Source: an uncultured PS1 clade bacterium
Lineage (GTDB): Bacteria > Pseudomonadota > Alphaproteobacteria > MED-G09
Direction: 5' to 3'
DNA length: 64,000 nucleotides
Assembly: GCA_902608415.1 (NCBI GenBank)
Contig: CACLNZ010000001.1
Coordinates: 17,768 to 81,767 of the forward strand
Position numbers and translations under genes: made by a program. The first letter of the stretch is position 1, and the number at the start of each line of letters is the position of its first letter. The notes beneath the pieces were generated by a model, which saw only the letters and a program-made list of their open reading frames with translations, had not been told where the DNA came from and did no database searches. This document shows, piece after piece, positions 55,037 to 63,908 of this stretch.

Positions 55037-55801
55037 ATGGAAATTTTTGCTATACCTGCTTTTACGGATAATTACATTTGGGCTATTGTTAAAAAAGACC
55101 AATTTGTTGTAGTGGATCCAGGCGATTCATTGGTAGTAAAAAGATTTTCTGAAAAGAATAATCTTCAATTAAACGCTATATTAATTACTCATTGGCACCC
55201 TGATCATACTGGAGGTATTTTAGAATTAGTAAAAGATAAATCTATTTCAGTTTATGGTCCAAAAGGAGGCCATATTGACGGAATAACAGATGAATTAAAA
55301 GAAGATGATATTATAAAAATTTTTGATCATGAATTTTTAGTATTTGAAACACCTGGCCACACTCTTGATCACATTTCGTATTTTTCAAATCAAAATAAAC
55401 CAATATTATTTTGTGGAGATACACTATTTTCAGGGGGATGTGGGCGTTTATTTGAAGGAACACCAGATCAAATGTTTCATTCTCTAAGTAAGTTTTCTTC
55501 TCTTCCAGGTAATACAAAAGTTTATTGCACTCATGAGTATACTTTGAGTAATTTAAAATTTGCTCTAGAAGTTGAGCCTAAAAATGAAGATTTGATTAAA
55601 TATTATGATAAAGTTGTAGAAAAGAGGGATAGGAAACAATATACGCTTCCATCTACAATTGAAAAAGAGTTAAATATAAATCCTTTTTTAAGATCATCTA
55701 AGGAAGAAGTTAGAAAAAGTGCAGAAATATATTCTTCAAAAACAAATCTTGACGATGTTAGTGTATTAGCCGTTATTCGTTCTTGGAAGGATAATTTTTA
55801 A
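55037..55801 (+). CDS. gloB: hydroxyacylglutathione hydrolase (glyoxalase II)
   Basis: MBL motif THWHPDHTGG, then GHT and HEYT ligands. 254 aa. Confidence 0.85.
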   Translation: MEIFAIPAFTDNYIWAIVKKDQFVVVDPGDSLVVKRFSEKNNLQLNAILITHWHPDHTGGILELVKDKSISVYGPKGGHIDGITDELKEDDIIKIFDHEFLVFETPGHTLDHISYFSNQNKPILFCGDTLFSGGCGRLFEGTPDQMFHSLSKFSSLPGNTKVYCTHEYTLSNLKFALEVEPKNEDLIKYYDKVVEKRDRKQYTLPSTIEKELNINPFLRSSKEEVRKSAEIYSSKTNLDDVSVLAVIRSWKDNF

Positions 55802-56231
55802 GATTTTTTTTCATTTGAAAGTGCTTAATATCAATTCCAACATCTATTTTTCCAAAGTTTACATATCCTAATTTAGAATAAAATATAACGGCATTTTCTC
55901 TCGCATTCAAAATAATATTATTTCGATGATTATTTATAGAATGCATTTCAAGCTTATGAACAATTGCATTTCCTACACCTTTTTTTCGAAAGTTTTTATC
56001 CACAGCCATATATCTAATTTGAGATTCCTTTGTATTTACAAAATGCAATCTACCAACGCCAATAATTTCCCCTTTATTATTAGTAGCCATAATGTGATAA
56101 CTAATTTTTTCTAGTTTATCGCGTATAGTGTTTCTATGAAGACCTATTGGTTTTCTTAAAATTTTATATCGAAATAAAAAATATTCTCTCCACTCTTGAT
56201 AGGAAGAAGGTGATTTTAAATTGAAATTCAT
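55773..56231 (-). CDS. GNAT family N-acetyltransferase
   Basis: Acetyl-CoA binding motif RKKGVGNAI. Confidence 0.75.
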   Translation of the reverse strand: MNFNLKSPSSYQEWREYFLFRYKILRKPIGLHRNTIRDKLEKISYHIMATNNKGEIIGVGRLHFVNTKESQIRYMAVDKNFRKKGVGNAIVHKLEMHSINNHRNNIILNARENAVIFYSKLGYVNFGKIDVGIDIKHFQMKKNLKNYPSKNE

Positions 56232-56238
56232 CTAAATT

Positions 56239-56652
56239 TTATAGATCACCTTTAGTTCTTACTTCACTTTGATTTACAGTGAATTTTTCTCCATACCTAG
56301 CTTCTAGTTTTTTTTGGTTTTCAAGTATTACTTCAGTAGGATCTAAATTAAGAGCCATGCAAGCGGTAACCCAATACCACATAATATCTCCTAGCTCTCT
56401 CTTCATATGAAAAATATTATCTTCATCTGCTGGCTTACCTTGTAAAAACATTTTTTTTACAATTTCTGTAAACTCTCCAGCTTCACTGCTTAACCCAAGT
56501 GCGGCAGTAAGTATTCTTGGTGCATCAATATCTGACTCATTTTCTATTTTATCTATTACCTCTTTTAAGGATTTAATATCTAAGCTAGGTTCGCTTGTAA
56601 CTTTAGTTACAAAATCACAATAGGTATCAAAGATTTTTTTTGTATCGCTCAT
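56239..56652 (-). CDS. MazG-like nucleoside triphosphate pyrophosphohydrolase domain protein
   Basis: MazG EAGEF and ELGDIMWY motifs. 137 aa. Confidence 0.7.
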   Translation of the reverse strand: MSDTKKIFDTYCDFVTKVTSEPSLDIKSLKEVIDKIENESDIDAPRILTAALGLSSEAGEFTEIVKKMFLQGKPADEDNIFHMKRELGDIMWYWVTACMALNLDPTEVILENQKKLEARYGEKFTVNQSEVRTKGDL

Positions 56653-56772
56653 GGTGTTACCTCTTTATTTAATAATATAATAATAATATTTAAAAAGCAT
56701 TTCATAATTTAATTTGATTAAACTGATTTTTTAAGTTTTTATAAATAACACAATTTAATTGAGGAGTGAGAT

Positions 56773-57531
56773 ATGTCTAGGTTTAAAGATAAATTTGCAA
56801 TTATTTCTGGTGGAGCATCTGGAATGGGTGCCGCAGCTGCAAAAAGGTTTGTTGAGGAAGGTGGATCAGTAGTAACACTGGATTTAAATAAAGAACTAGG
56901 AATGAAGGTTGCTGAAGAAATCGGCGATTCTTGTGAGTTTTTTCGGGCAGATGTATCTAAAGCAGAGGACTGGGATAGACTCGAAAAACATCTTGGTGAA
57001 AGATTTACCAAAATAACTTCAGTTGTTAATGCTGCAGGAATAAGTGAACCGGCAACAGTAGAAGATGAGACAGTTGAGCATTGGGACAGAGTTCATGCTA
57101 TAAATGGAACTTCTGTTTTTTTAGGCTGTCAATTTGCTGTTAAAGCAATGAAGGATGGAGAAGGAACGATAGTAAACTTTGCATCTTCTCTTGCTACAAG
57201 ACCAAAACCATTTGTGATAGCTTATAATTATAGTAAAGCTGGTGTTTTAGTATTAACTAGAACTGTTGCGCTTCATTGCGCTGAAATGGGTTACAAAATA
57301 AGATGTAATGCTGTTCAACCCGGAGCTATTAATACTCCTATGATGCAAAGATATGTTCAAGCAGCTGAAAATTCTGAACAACAACTTTCTGAATTTGCCG
57401 CATCTCATCCCATGAATAGAGTTGGTCAACCGGAAGAAGTAGTAAATGCAGTATTATTTTTAGCTTCTGAGGACTCAGCATTTACAACAGGAGACTCAAT
57501 TTCTGTTGACGGTGGAGTGATTGCTATATAA
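56773..57531 (+). CDS. SDR family oxidoreductase (first gene of 5-gene cluster)
   Basis: ISGGASGMGAAAA dinucleotide motif and YNYSKAGV catalytic YxxxK. 252 aa. Confidence 0.8.
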   Translation: MSRFKDKFAIISGGASGMGAAAAKRFVEEGGSVVTLDLNKELGMKVAEEIGDSCEFFRADVSKAEDWDRLEKHLGERFTKITSVVNAAGISEPATVEDETVEHWDRVHAINGTSVFLGCQFAVKAMKDGEGTIVNFASSLATRPKPFVIAYNYSKAGVLVLTRTVALHCAEMGYKIRCNAVQPGAINTPMMQRYVQAAENSEQQLSEFAASHPMNRVGQPEEVVNAVLFLASEDSAFTTGDSISVDGGVIAI

Positions 57532-57567
57532 TTGTTAATACATTGAAATTATACAATTTAGGTTAAA

Positions 57568-59025
57568 ATGACTGAAAGTTTAGATGTTTTAGTAGTTGGC
57601 GCAGGTATTTCAGGAATTGGCGCTGGATATCACCTACAAAATAAATGCCCTAATGCAAAATTTGCTATCCTTGAAGGACGAGATAAAATAGGTGGTACAT
57701 GGGATTTGTTTAAATATCCAGGCATTAGATCTGATTCGGATATGTATACATTAGGGTTTAATTTTAAGCCTTGGAAAGAACAAGAAGCGATAGCAGATGC
57801 GCCGTCAATTTTGAAATATTTAAATGAGACTGTAGAAGAATTTAATTTAAAAAATAAAATAAGATTCGGAAAGTATGTAAAAAAGGCAAATTGGTCTAGC
57901 TCAACAAATTCTTGGACAGTTGATGTGGAAGATAAGTCTACTGGAGAATTATCTCAAATTTCTTGCAATTTTATATTTATGTGCTCTGGTTATTATTCCT
58001 ATAAAGAAGGATATACCCCTCAATTTGATGGAATAGAGAATTTCAATGGAGATGTTATTCACCCGCAAAAATGGGACGAAAACTTTGATTACTCTAACAA
58101 AAAAATAGTTGTTATCGGAAGTGGAGCTACAGCCGTAACAATTGTTCCAGAAATGGCAAAGAAGGCTGAGCATGTAACTATGCTGCAAAGATCACCAACA
58201 TATGTTGTTGCTGCTCCAGAAAAAGATAAATTAGCGAATGATTTGAGAAAATATATGCCGCTGAAGTTAGCGTATTTGTTTATCAGATGGAGAAATATTT
58301 TAAGGCAACAATATTACTTTCGCCTTTGTAAAAAATATCCAAATGGCGTTAAGAACGCTATTATTAGAGAGGCAAAAAAGAGACTTGGTTCAGATTTTGA
58401 TGTAAAAACTCATTTTACCCCAAATTATAATCCATGGGATCAAAGAATGTGCCTTGTACCAGACGGAGATCTTTTTGAACAAATTAAAAAAGGCAAAGCT
58501 TCGGTAGTAACAGATCATATAAAAAGTATTACTGATAAAGGAATATTATTAGATTCAGGTAAAGAGTTAGAGGCTGATGTAATTGTTACAGCTACAGGAT
58601 TAAATTTGGAAATGTTAAGTAATGTTGATTTTGTAGTTGATAATAATGCTATAGATATATCAAAGACGGTGACATATAAAGGGATGATGTATAGTGGAGT
58701 ACCTAATTTAGCTAGTACATTTGGTTATACTAATGCTTCCTGGACACTTGGTGCTGACTTAACTTCAGAATATGTTTGTAGAATAATCAATCATATGAAA
58801 AAAAATCAATATGATGTAGTTTGCCCTCAATCAAATGAAGAAATTGAAACGGACCCTGATTATTTAAATCTCTCTTCAGGATACATTAAAAGATCATTAG
58901 ATATATTTCCACAGCAAGGAAAAAAAGCTCCGTGGAGAAATAATCAAAATTTCCTAAAAGATGTTTTCCAAATTAGATACGGTCGTATTGATGACGGAAA
59001 AATTTCTTTTTCAAAAAATTCTTAA
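57568..59025 (+). CDS. flavin-containing monooxygenase, Baeyer-Villiger (type I BVMO) fingerprint
   Basis: FAD Rossmann VVGAGISGIGAG. BVMO fingerprint FNGDVIHPQKW (FxGxxxHxxxW) at nt 58042-58074. Second Rossmann VIGSGATAV. Confidence 0.8.
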   Translation: MTESLDVLVVGAGISGIGAGYHLQNKCPNAKFAILEGRDKIGGTWDLFKYPGIRSDSDMYTLGFNFKPWKEQEAIADAPSILKYLNETVEEFNLKNKIRFGKYVKKANWSSSTNSWTVDVEDKSTGELSQISCNFIFMCSGYYSYKEGYTPQFDGIENFNGDVIHPQKWDENFDYSNKKIVVIGSGATAVTIVPEMAKKAEHVTMLQRSPTYVVAAPEKDKLANDLRKYMPLKLAYLFIRWRNILRQQYYFRLCKKYPNGVKNAIIREAKKRLGSDFDVKTHFTPNYNPWDQRMCLVPDGDLFEQIKKGKASVVTDHIKSITDKGILLDSGKELEADVIVTATGLNLEMLSNVDFVVDNNAIDISKTVTYKGMMYSGVPNLASTFGYTNASWTLGADLTSEYVCRIINHMKKNQYDVVCPQSNEEIETDPDYLNLSSGYIKRSLDIFPQQGKKAPWRNNQNFLKDVFQIRYGRIDDGKISFSKNS

Positions 59026-59048
59026 TTTAGTTTTGTGGAGAATAAATC

Positions 59049-60182
59049 ATGCAATCAAAAATATGTGAAATACTAGATATAGAGTTTCCTTTATTAGCGT
59101 TTTCTCACTGTCGTGATGTGGTCGTAGCTGTTTCAAAAGCTGGAGGTATGGGTGTTTTTGGAGCAGTTAACCTTCCACCCGATAGACTTGAGGAAGAATT
59201 AAATTGGATAGATGATCATATTGATGGAAAGCCATACGGAATTGATTTAATTGTACCAAATAAATATGAAGGCAAAGGGAAAGAAGTAAAGTCAGAAGAT
59301 ATTATTAGAGCAGTTCCACAAGAACATAAAACTTTTGCAAATTCGATACTTGAATCTCATGATATTGAAGTTGAAGAAACGGATGAAGTAAGAAAAGGTA
59401 CAATTCAATTTGGTAGAAATTTATCTGAAGAGGGAGCTGAAAACACATTAGAAGTTGCTATGAACCATCCAATAAAACTTATTGCTAATGCTTTAGGTGT
59501 TCCTCCAAAAATAATGTTAGATCTTGGTAAAAAACATAATATAGCTGTTGCTGCATTAGTTGGTGCAAAAGAGCATGCAATTAAACAAGTTGAAGCGGGC
59601 GTCGATATTTTGGTTGTTGCAGGCGGAGAAGCAGGTGGACATTGCGGTGATGTTTCAACGATGGTTTTAGTGCCCGAAGTCTATAATGCTGTTAAAAAAA
59701 TCAAAGATGTACCAATTTTAGCTGCAGGAGGAATAACAACAGGAAGTCAAATGGCTGCTGCAATGACTATGGGAGCAGATGGTGCTTGGTGTGGTTCAGT
59801 ATGGTTAACAACTTCTGAAGCTGAAACCAATCCAGTGGTAAAAGAAAAAATGTTAGCTGCTTCTTCACGTGATACTGTCCGATCAAGAAGTAGGACAGGT
59901 AAGTTTTCTAGACAATTAAGGTCTCCATGGACAGATGCTTGGGAAAATGAAGGGCCAGAACCACTTCCAATGCCTCTTCAATCTTTAGTTAGTGAACCAG
60001 CCCTTAGAAAGATTGATAAGTTATCTCAAGGAGGTCACGAAGGAGCAAAGCAATTAGCTACTTATTGGGTAGGGCAAGGAGTTGGTCTTATGAATCATTC
60101 ATTATCTGCTGGAACGGTAGTACAAAACTTCAAAGAAGATTTTGCAGAAGCTTTAGAAAGATTAAATAATTATTTTGAATAA
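59049..60182 (+). CDS. nitronate monooxygenase (NMO/2-nitropropane dioxygenase, FabK-like) family FMN enzyme
   Basis: TIM-barrel FMN-binding blocks (VVAGGEAGGH and GADGAWCGS). Confidence 0.75.
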   Translation: MQSKICEILDIEFPLLAFSHCRDVVVAVSKAGGMGVFGAVNLPPDRLEEELNWIDDHIDGKPYGIDLIVPNKYEGKGKEVKSEDIIRAVPQEHKTFANSILESHDIEVEETDEVRKGTIQFGRNLSEEGAENTLEVAMNHPIKLIANALGVPPKIMLDLGKKHNIAVAALVGAKEHAIKQVEAGVDILVVAGGEAGGHCGDVSTMVLVPEVYNAVKKIKDVPILAAGGITTGSQMAAAMTMGADGAWCGSVWLTTSEAETNPVVKEKMLAASSRDTVRSRSRTGKFSRQLRSPWTDAWENEGPEPLPMPLQSLVSEPALRKIDKLSQGGHEGAKQLATYWVGQGVGLMNHSLSAGTVVQNFKEDFAEALERLNNYFE

Positions 60183-60196
60183 TTAAGAAATTATTT

Positions 60197-61120
60197 ATGA
60201 AAAAAACAATGATCACTCTTTTAGTTTTAGGAATTTCTGTAGCAATTTTTTTCGGTTATCTCGCTATAACAAAACCAAATAAAATGCCATTTATTGGCCA
60301 CTTTTTTGATAAAACTGTATATAGATCTTTATATTATTTTAATAGACCGGATCAAACACACATATACTCAGTAAAAGATAAAATAAAATTAAAATTATAT
60401 GTATTTAATCCTGCAGACAAAAAGTCTGAATCTAGCGTTTTACTTTTTCACGGTGGCGGTTGGTCTTTTGGTTCTTCATACTCACTATTTAAAATTTGCA
60501 GAGATATTTCAAATAATGGAATAACCTGTATCAGTGCTGATTATAGATTGTCATTAAAACATAATTCGAATGTTATAGATTCGATGAGTGATGCAAGAGA
60601 TGCATATAAATGGGTGTTAGATAACTCAGAAAAATTAAAAATTAATAAAGATCATATAATGGTTGGTGGAGGTTCATCGGGAGGACACCTTGCTGCATCT
60701 TTAGCAATGGTACCTTATGATAACAATAAAACTATTGAAAATATAAGAGCGCTTATATTTTTTAATCCAGCATTAAATACAACTTTTTTTGATAGTGGAT
60801 TTGAGTTACCAACAAATACTAGCGAAAGAAGAATGAAATTTTGGTTTTTTTTAAAAAAGCTTTTTGAAGGAAGATCAATAGAATTATCACCTTCAAGTTA
60901 TGTAAGAGAAAACCTTCCTCCTTCAATTATCTTTCATGGCACTAATGATCGGACAATCCCCATTTCAATAATAGAGGACTTTACGGATGATATGAAATCT
61001 AAAGGTAATGACATTACTCTCTCAAAATGGAAAGGTAAGGGGCATCAATTTTACAGATGGGATAAAGAAGTTTATCCAGATGTAATCAAAGAAGTAGTAA
61101 AATTTATAAAGGATAATTAA
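60197..61120 (+). CDS. alpha/beta-hydrolase esterase/lipase (HSL-like HGGGW family), N-terminal membrane anchor/signal
   Basis: Oxyanion HGGGW motif, GGSSGG nucleophile elbow (G-x-S-x-G) and a downstream HGTNDRT/His region. N-terminal hydrophobic helix. Confidence 0.75.
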   Translation: MKKTMITLLVLGISVAIFFGYLAITKPNKMPFIGHFFDKTVYRSLYYFNRPDQTHIYSVKDKIKLKLYVFNPADKKSESSVLLFHGGGWSFGSSYSLFKICRDISNNGITCISADYRLSLKHNSNVIDSMSDARDAYKWVLDNSEKLKINKDHIMVGGGSSGGHLAASLAMVPYDNNKTIENIRALIFFNPALNTTFFDSGFELPTNTSERRMKFWFFLKKLFEGRSIELSPSSYVRENLPPSIIFHGTNDRTIPISIIEDFTDDMKSKGNDITLSKWKGKGHQFYRWDKEVYPDVIKEVVKFIKDN

Positions 61121-61993
61121 ATGCCATTAAGAACATCAATCTTAGGAACAATAATATCTATAATTATAGGTATTTTAATAACATTAGGAGTAAGTCAAAA
61201 TAGTATAGACTTTTATGGCGTTCCCCTTCTTGTTGTATGCTTTGTTTATTCATACATAATCCATTGGATTTTTTTTGTTCATGGATATTTATTTCAAACC
61301 GAACATTATTTTGATGCGATAGGTAGCTTTACATTTGTTAGTTTATCTTTTTTTCTTATTTTTACTGTTCAAGATTTTTACGCTTTTCTTATTTGTTCTT
61401 TAGTTGCTATCTGGTCCTTAAGGCTTGGATCTTTTTTATTTAATCGCGTAAAAAAAACTGGAAGGGATACTCGTTTTACAGAAATGAAAAAGAATTTCTT
61501 CTGGTTTTTTCTAACATGGAATTTATCTGCATTATGGGTTTATCTGAGTTATGTAGCCGGAATGGTAGCTGTCACAAGTAAGCATTCAAGTGAATTAACT
61601 ATCGTTGAGTATATATTTTGTTTTTTTGGTTTTTTGGTCTGGTTAGCTGGTTTTATAATTGAAGTAGCATCAGATAATCAAAAGAAAAAATTTAAAGAAG
61701 ATATAAATAATAAAGATAAATTTATCTCACATGGTTTGTGGGCCTGGTCAAGGCATCCTAATTATTTTGGAGAAATACTTCTTTGGATAGGTATTACTAT
61801 TATCGCAATTCCTATATTTAAGAATTGGGATTATTTAGCATTAATTTCACCAATATTTATTTATTATCTTTTAGTAAATATTAGTGGAATACCAATGCTT
61901 GAAAAAGCTGCAGATAAAAAGTGGGGAAATAATGAAGATTATATTTCTTACAAAGATAAGACTAATATTTTATTTCTTAAGAAACCTGATTAA
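61121..61993 (+). CDS. DUF1295 / steroid-5-alpha-reductase-ICMT superfamily membrane protein
   Basis: Multi-TM protein with the C-terminal signature WSRHPNYFGE. Its start codon directly abuts the esterase stop (TAAATG). Confidence 0.7.
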   Translation: MPLRTSILGTIISIIIGILITLGVSQNSIDFYGVPLLVVCFVYSYIIHWIFFVHGYLFQTEHYFDAIGSFTFVSLSFFLIFTVQDFYAFLICSLVAIWSLRLGSFLFNRVKKTGRDTRFTEMKKNFFWFFLTWNLSALWVYLSYVAGMVAVTSKHSSELTIVEYIFCFFGFLVWLAGFIIEVASDNQKKKFKEDINNKDKFISHGLWAWSRHPNYFGEILLWIGITIIAIPIFKNWDYLALISPIFIYYLLVNISGIPMLEKAADKKWGNNEDYISYKDKTNILFLKKPD

Positions 61994-61996
61994 GGT

Positions 61997-63268
61997 TTAT
62001 TCTGTAACAAGATCATCTTTAAGATACTTGCCGGCTAAATAGTAGTGATATGCGCACCATAACTTTAATGTAGTTAGTATCATTAAACTATATCTTAAAG
62101 ACTCTTTTCCATAATCGGATCTAAGAATATCACTAAGTATTCCAACAGCTTGAGGTCCAAAACCCAAACCTATAATGTTAATAATAAATAACAAAATAGC
62201 AGCAGCAACTGATCGCATCCTTAACTCAACAACACCTTGAGTCTGACTAAAGGTTGTTGCTTGGTAGAAATTACCAAGAGCGATAGGGATTATTAACCAT
62301 AAGAATGAAGCGTTTGCTGTTGGACTTAGGTAAACCATGTAATACAAAGGAGTGGTAATAAACATAGCCAAAGCTACTATACATAAACGCCATCTTACAT
62401 CTTTTGATCCTAAGTAATCTGATAAATAGCCACCTAAAAAAATACCTAGGCCACCAGGTATACCTAATATTAAACCAAGATACCAACCAACATCACCCGT
62501 TTGCATTCCGTATGATCTTTGAAAAAAAGAAGGAAGCCATGTTATTGCTCCGTAACCCACAAAAGCTGCAAGAGAAGCCCCGAAAGCAAGATGTCTAAAT
62601 GATTTTTTACTTAAGAGATATTTTGCGGTTTCCATTATACTTGGCTGTTCTTTAGTATCCGTTCTTCCCTCAGCGTGACCTCTCTTTGGCTCTTGAACGG
62701 TAAAACGAAATATAATTGCCAATATAATTCCAGGAATACCAACAACAAAGAAGGCTATTCTCCAACCAAAATATTCATTAATCCATCCTCCGGCAAATAA
62801 ACCAAACATAATTCCAAATGGAATCCCTAGTGAATAAATACCTAATGCGGTAGATCTGACATTTGCAGGAAAATAGTCTGATATCATAGAGTGAGCAGGG
62901 GGGCTACAACCAGCTTCGCCTATACCAACTCCAATTCTAGCTATTAATAAGTGGAAAAAATTTTGTGCAAGTCCAGAGAGAGCTGTCATAAAGCTCCAAA
63001 CACCAATTGCAAGTGAAATTAAGTTTCTTCTATTTCCATAATCAGCATACTTGGCTATCGGAATACCAAGTGTAGCGTAGAATAACGCAAAAGCGAAACC
63101 CGTTAACATTCCAAGCGATGTATCTGATAAATTTAAATCGTTCTTAATAGATTCTAAAAGAATCGATAAAATTTGGCGATCAATAAAATTAAATGTGTAA
63201 ACAACAACAAGTATACCTAAAACATAATTCCTTAAGCTGTTTGATGGATTTTCAGTTATTGATGACAT
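61997..63268 (-). CDS. MFS transporter
   Basis: 12-TM layout with an N-terminal NFIDRQ motif and a loop 2-3 motif. Confidence 0.85.
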   Translation of the reverse strand: MSSITENPSNSLRNYVLGILVVVYTFNFIDRQILSILLESIKNDLNLSDTSLGMLTGFAFALFYATLGIPIAKYADYGNRRNLISLAIGVWSFMTALSGLAQNFFHLLIARIGVGIGEAGCSPPAHSMISDYFPANVRSTALGIYSLGIPFGIMFGLFAGGWINEYFGWRIAFFVVGIPGIILAIIFRFTVQEPKRGHAEGRTDTKEQPSIMETAKYLLSKKSFRHLAFGASLAAFVGYGAITWLPSFFQRSYGMQTGDVGWYLGLILGIPGGLGIFLGGYLSDYLGSKDVRWRLCIVALAMFITTPLYYMVYLSPTANASFLWLIIPIALGNFYQATTFSQTQGVVELRMRSVAAAILLFIINIIGLGFGPQAVGILSDILRSDYGKESLRYSLMILTTLKLWCAYHYYLAGKYLKDDLVTE

Positions 63269-63333
63269 TATTCACTTTGAAAAATTGATAAAAACAGATT
63301 ATATATTTTTTTCAAAGTATCTAGCAATTTATT

Positions 63334-63365
63334 AAAAAAAGGGGGTATTAAAACCCCCTTTTGAC
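63334..63365 (-). terminator. Rho-independent terminator downstream of hsp20 (GGGGG stem, 8-nt loop, T7 tail on minus strand)
   Basis: Plus strand reads AAAAAAAGGGGGTATTAAAACCCCCTTTT. On the minus strand the GC stem is followed by a run of 7 T, directly 3' of the hsp20 stop. Confidence 0.6.
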
Positions 63366-63366
63366 A

Positions 63367-63816
63367 TTAATTTTTTAAAAGATTTTCTTTTGATGTAAGA
63401 GTAATCTTTTTTGGTTTTTTATGATCAGGTACCACTCTTTCAAGTCCAACATATAAAATTCCGTTAGAAAGAGCTGCGCCTTTTACGATCATATCATCTG
63501 AAAGTACGAATTTTCTATTGAAATTTCTTGCAGCTAAACCTTGATGAACCAAATTATCATTTGAATCATCTGGTCTTTTTCCTGAAATTACAAGGTTTTC
63601 ACCAACTACTTCGATATCAACATCTTTTTCTTCAAAACCGGCCAATGCTAGCTCAATACTGTATTTGTTATCCGATAATTTTCTAATATTATAAGGCGGA
63701 TAATTCACATTTTGAGCTTGATTTTTAGCCAATAAAGACAATGTATCAAAGGTACGATCAAAGCCAATAGTAAATGGAGATAAATCTCTCCATATAGTGT
63801 CAAAAGTTGTTCTCAT
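63367..63816 (-). CDS. small heat-shock protein (Hsp20/alpha-crystallin family, IbpA-like)
   Basis: Alpha-crystallin domain with a C-terminal GILYVGLERVVPDHKKPKKI block. 149 aa. Confidence 0.9.
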   Translation of the reverse strand: MRTTFDTIWRDLSPFTIGFDRTFDTLSLLAKNQAQNVNYPPYNIRKLSDNKYSIELALAGFEEKDVDIEVVGENLVISGKRPDDSNDNLVHQGLAARNFNRKFVLSDDMIVKGAALSNGILYVGLERVVPDHKKPKKITLTSKENLLKN

Positions 63817-63880
63817 TTTTATACTCCTTTAAAAAGCAAGTTTAACAAATGAAGACCCTCAAAAGGCGTCCTCAATTATT

Positions 63881-63908
63881 AAATAGTTATGAGTATATAT
63901 ATTTCAAG
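63881..63908 (-). promoter_or_regulatory. candidate sigma-32 (RpoH)-type heat-shock promoter for hsp20
   Basis: The minus strand reads CCTTGAAA, then an 18 nt spacer, then CTATTT, about 65 nt upstream of the hsp20 ATG. This resembles the alphaproteobacterial RpoH consensus CTTG-N17-18-CYTAT-T. The -10 match is imperfect. Confidence 0.3.

Noticed and set aside
56708-56722. Palindrome TTTAAT-ttg-ATTAAA in the mazG/SDR-cluster divergent promoter region
   Set aside because: A 6-bp arm in a 30% GC genome is expected by chance many times. No regulator gene is adjacent. I mention it only as a possible operator to examine if the cluster is studied.
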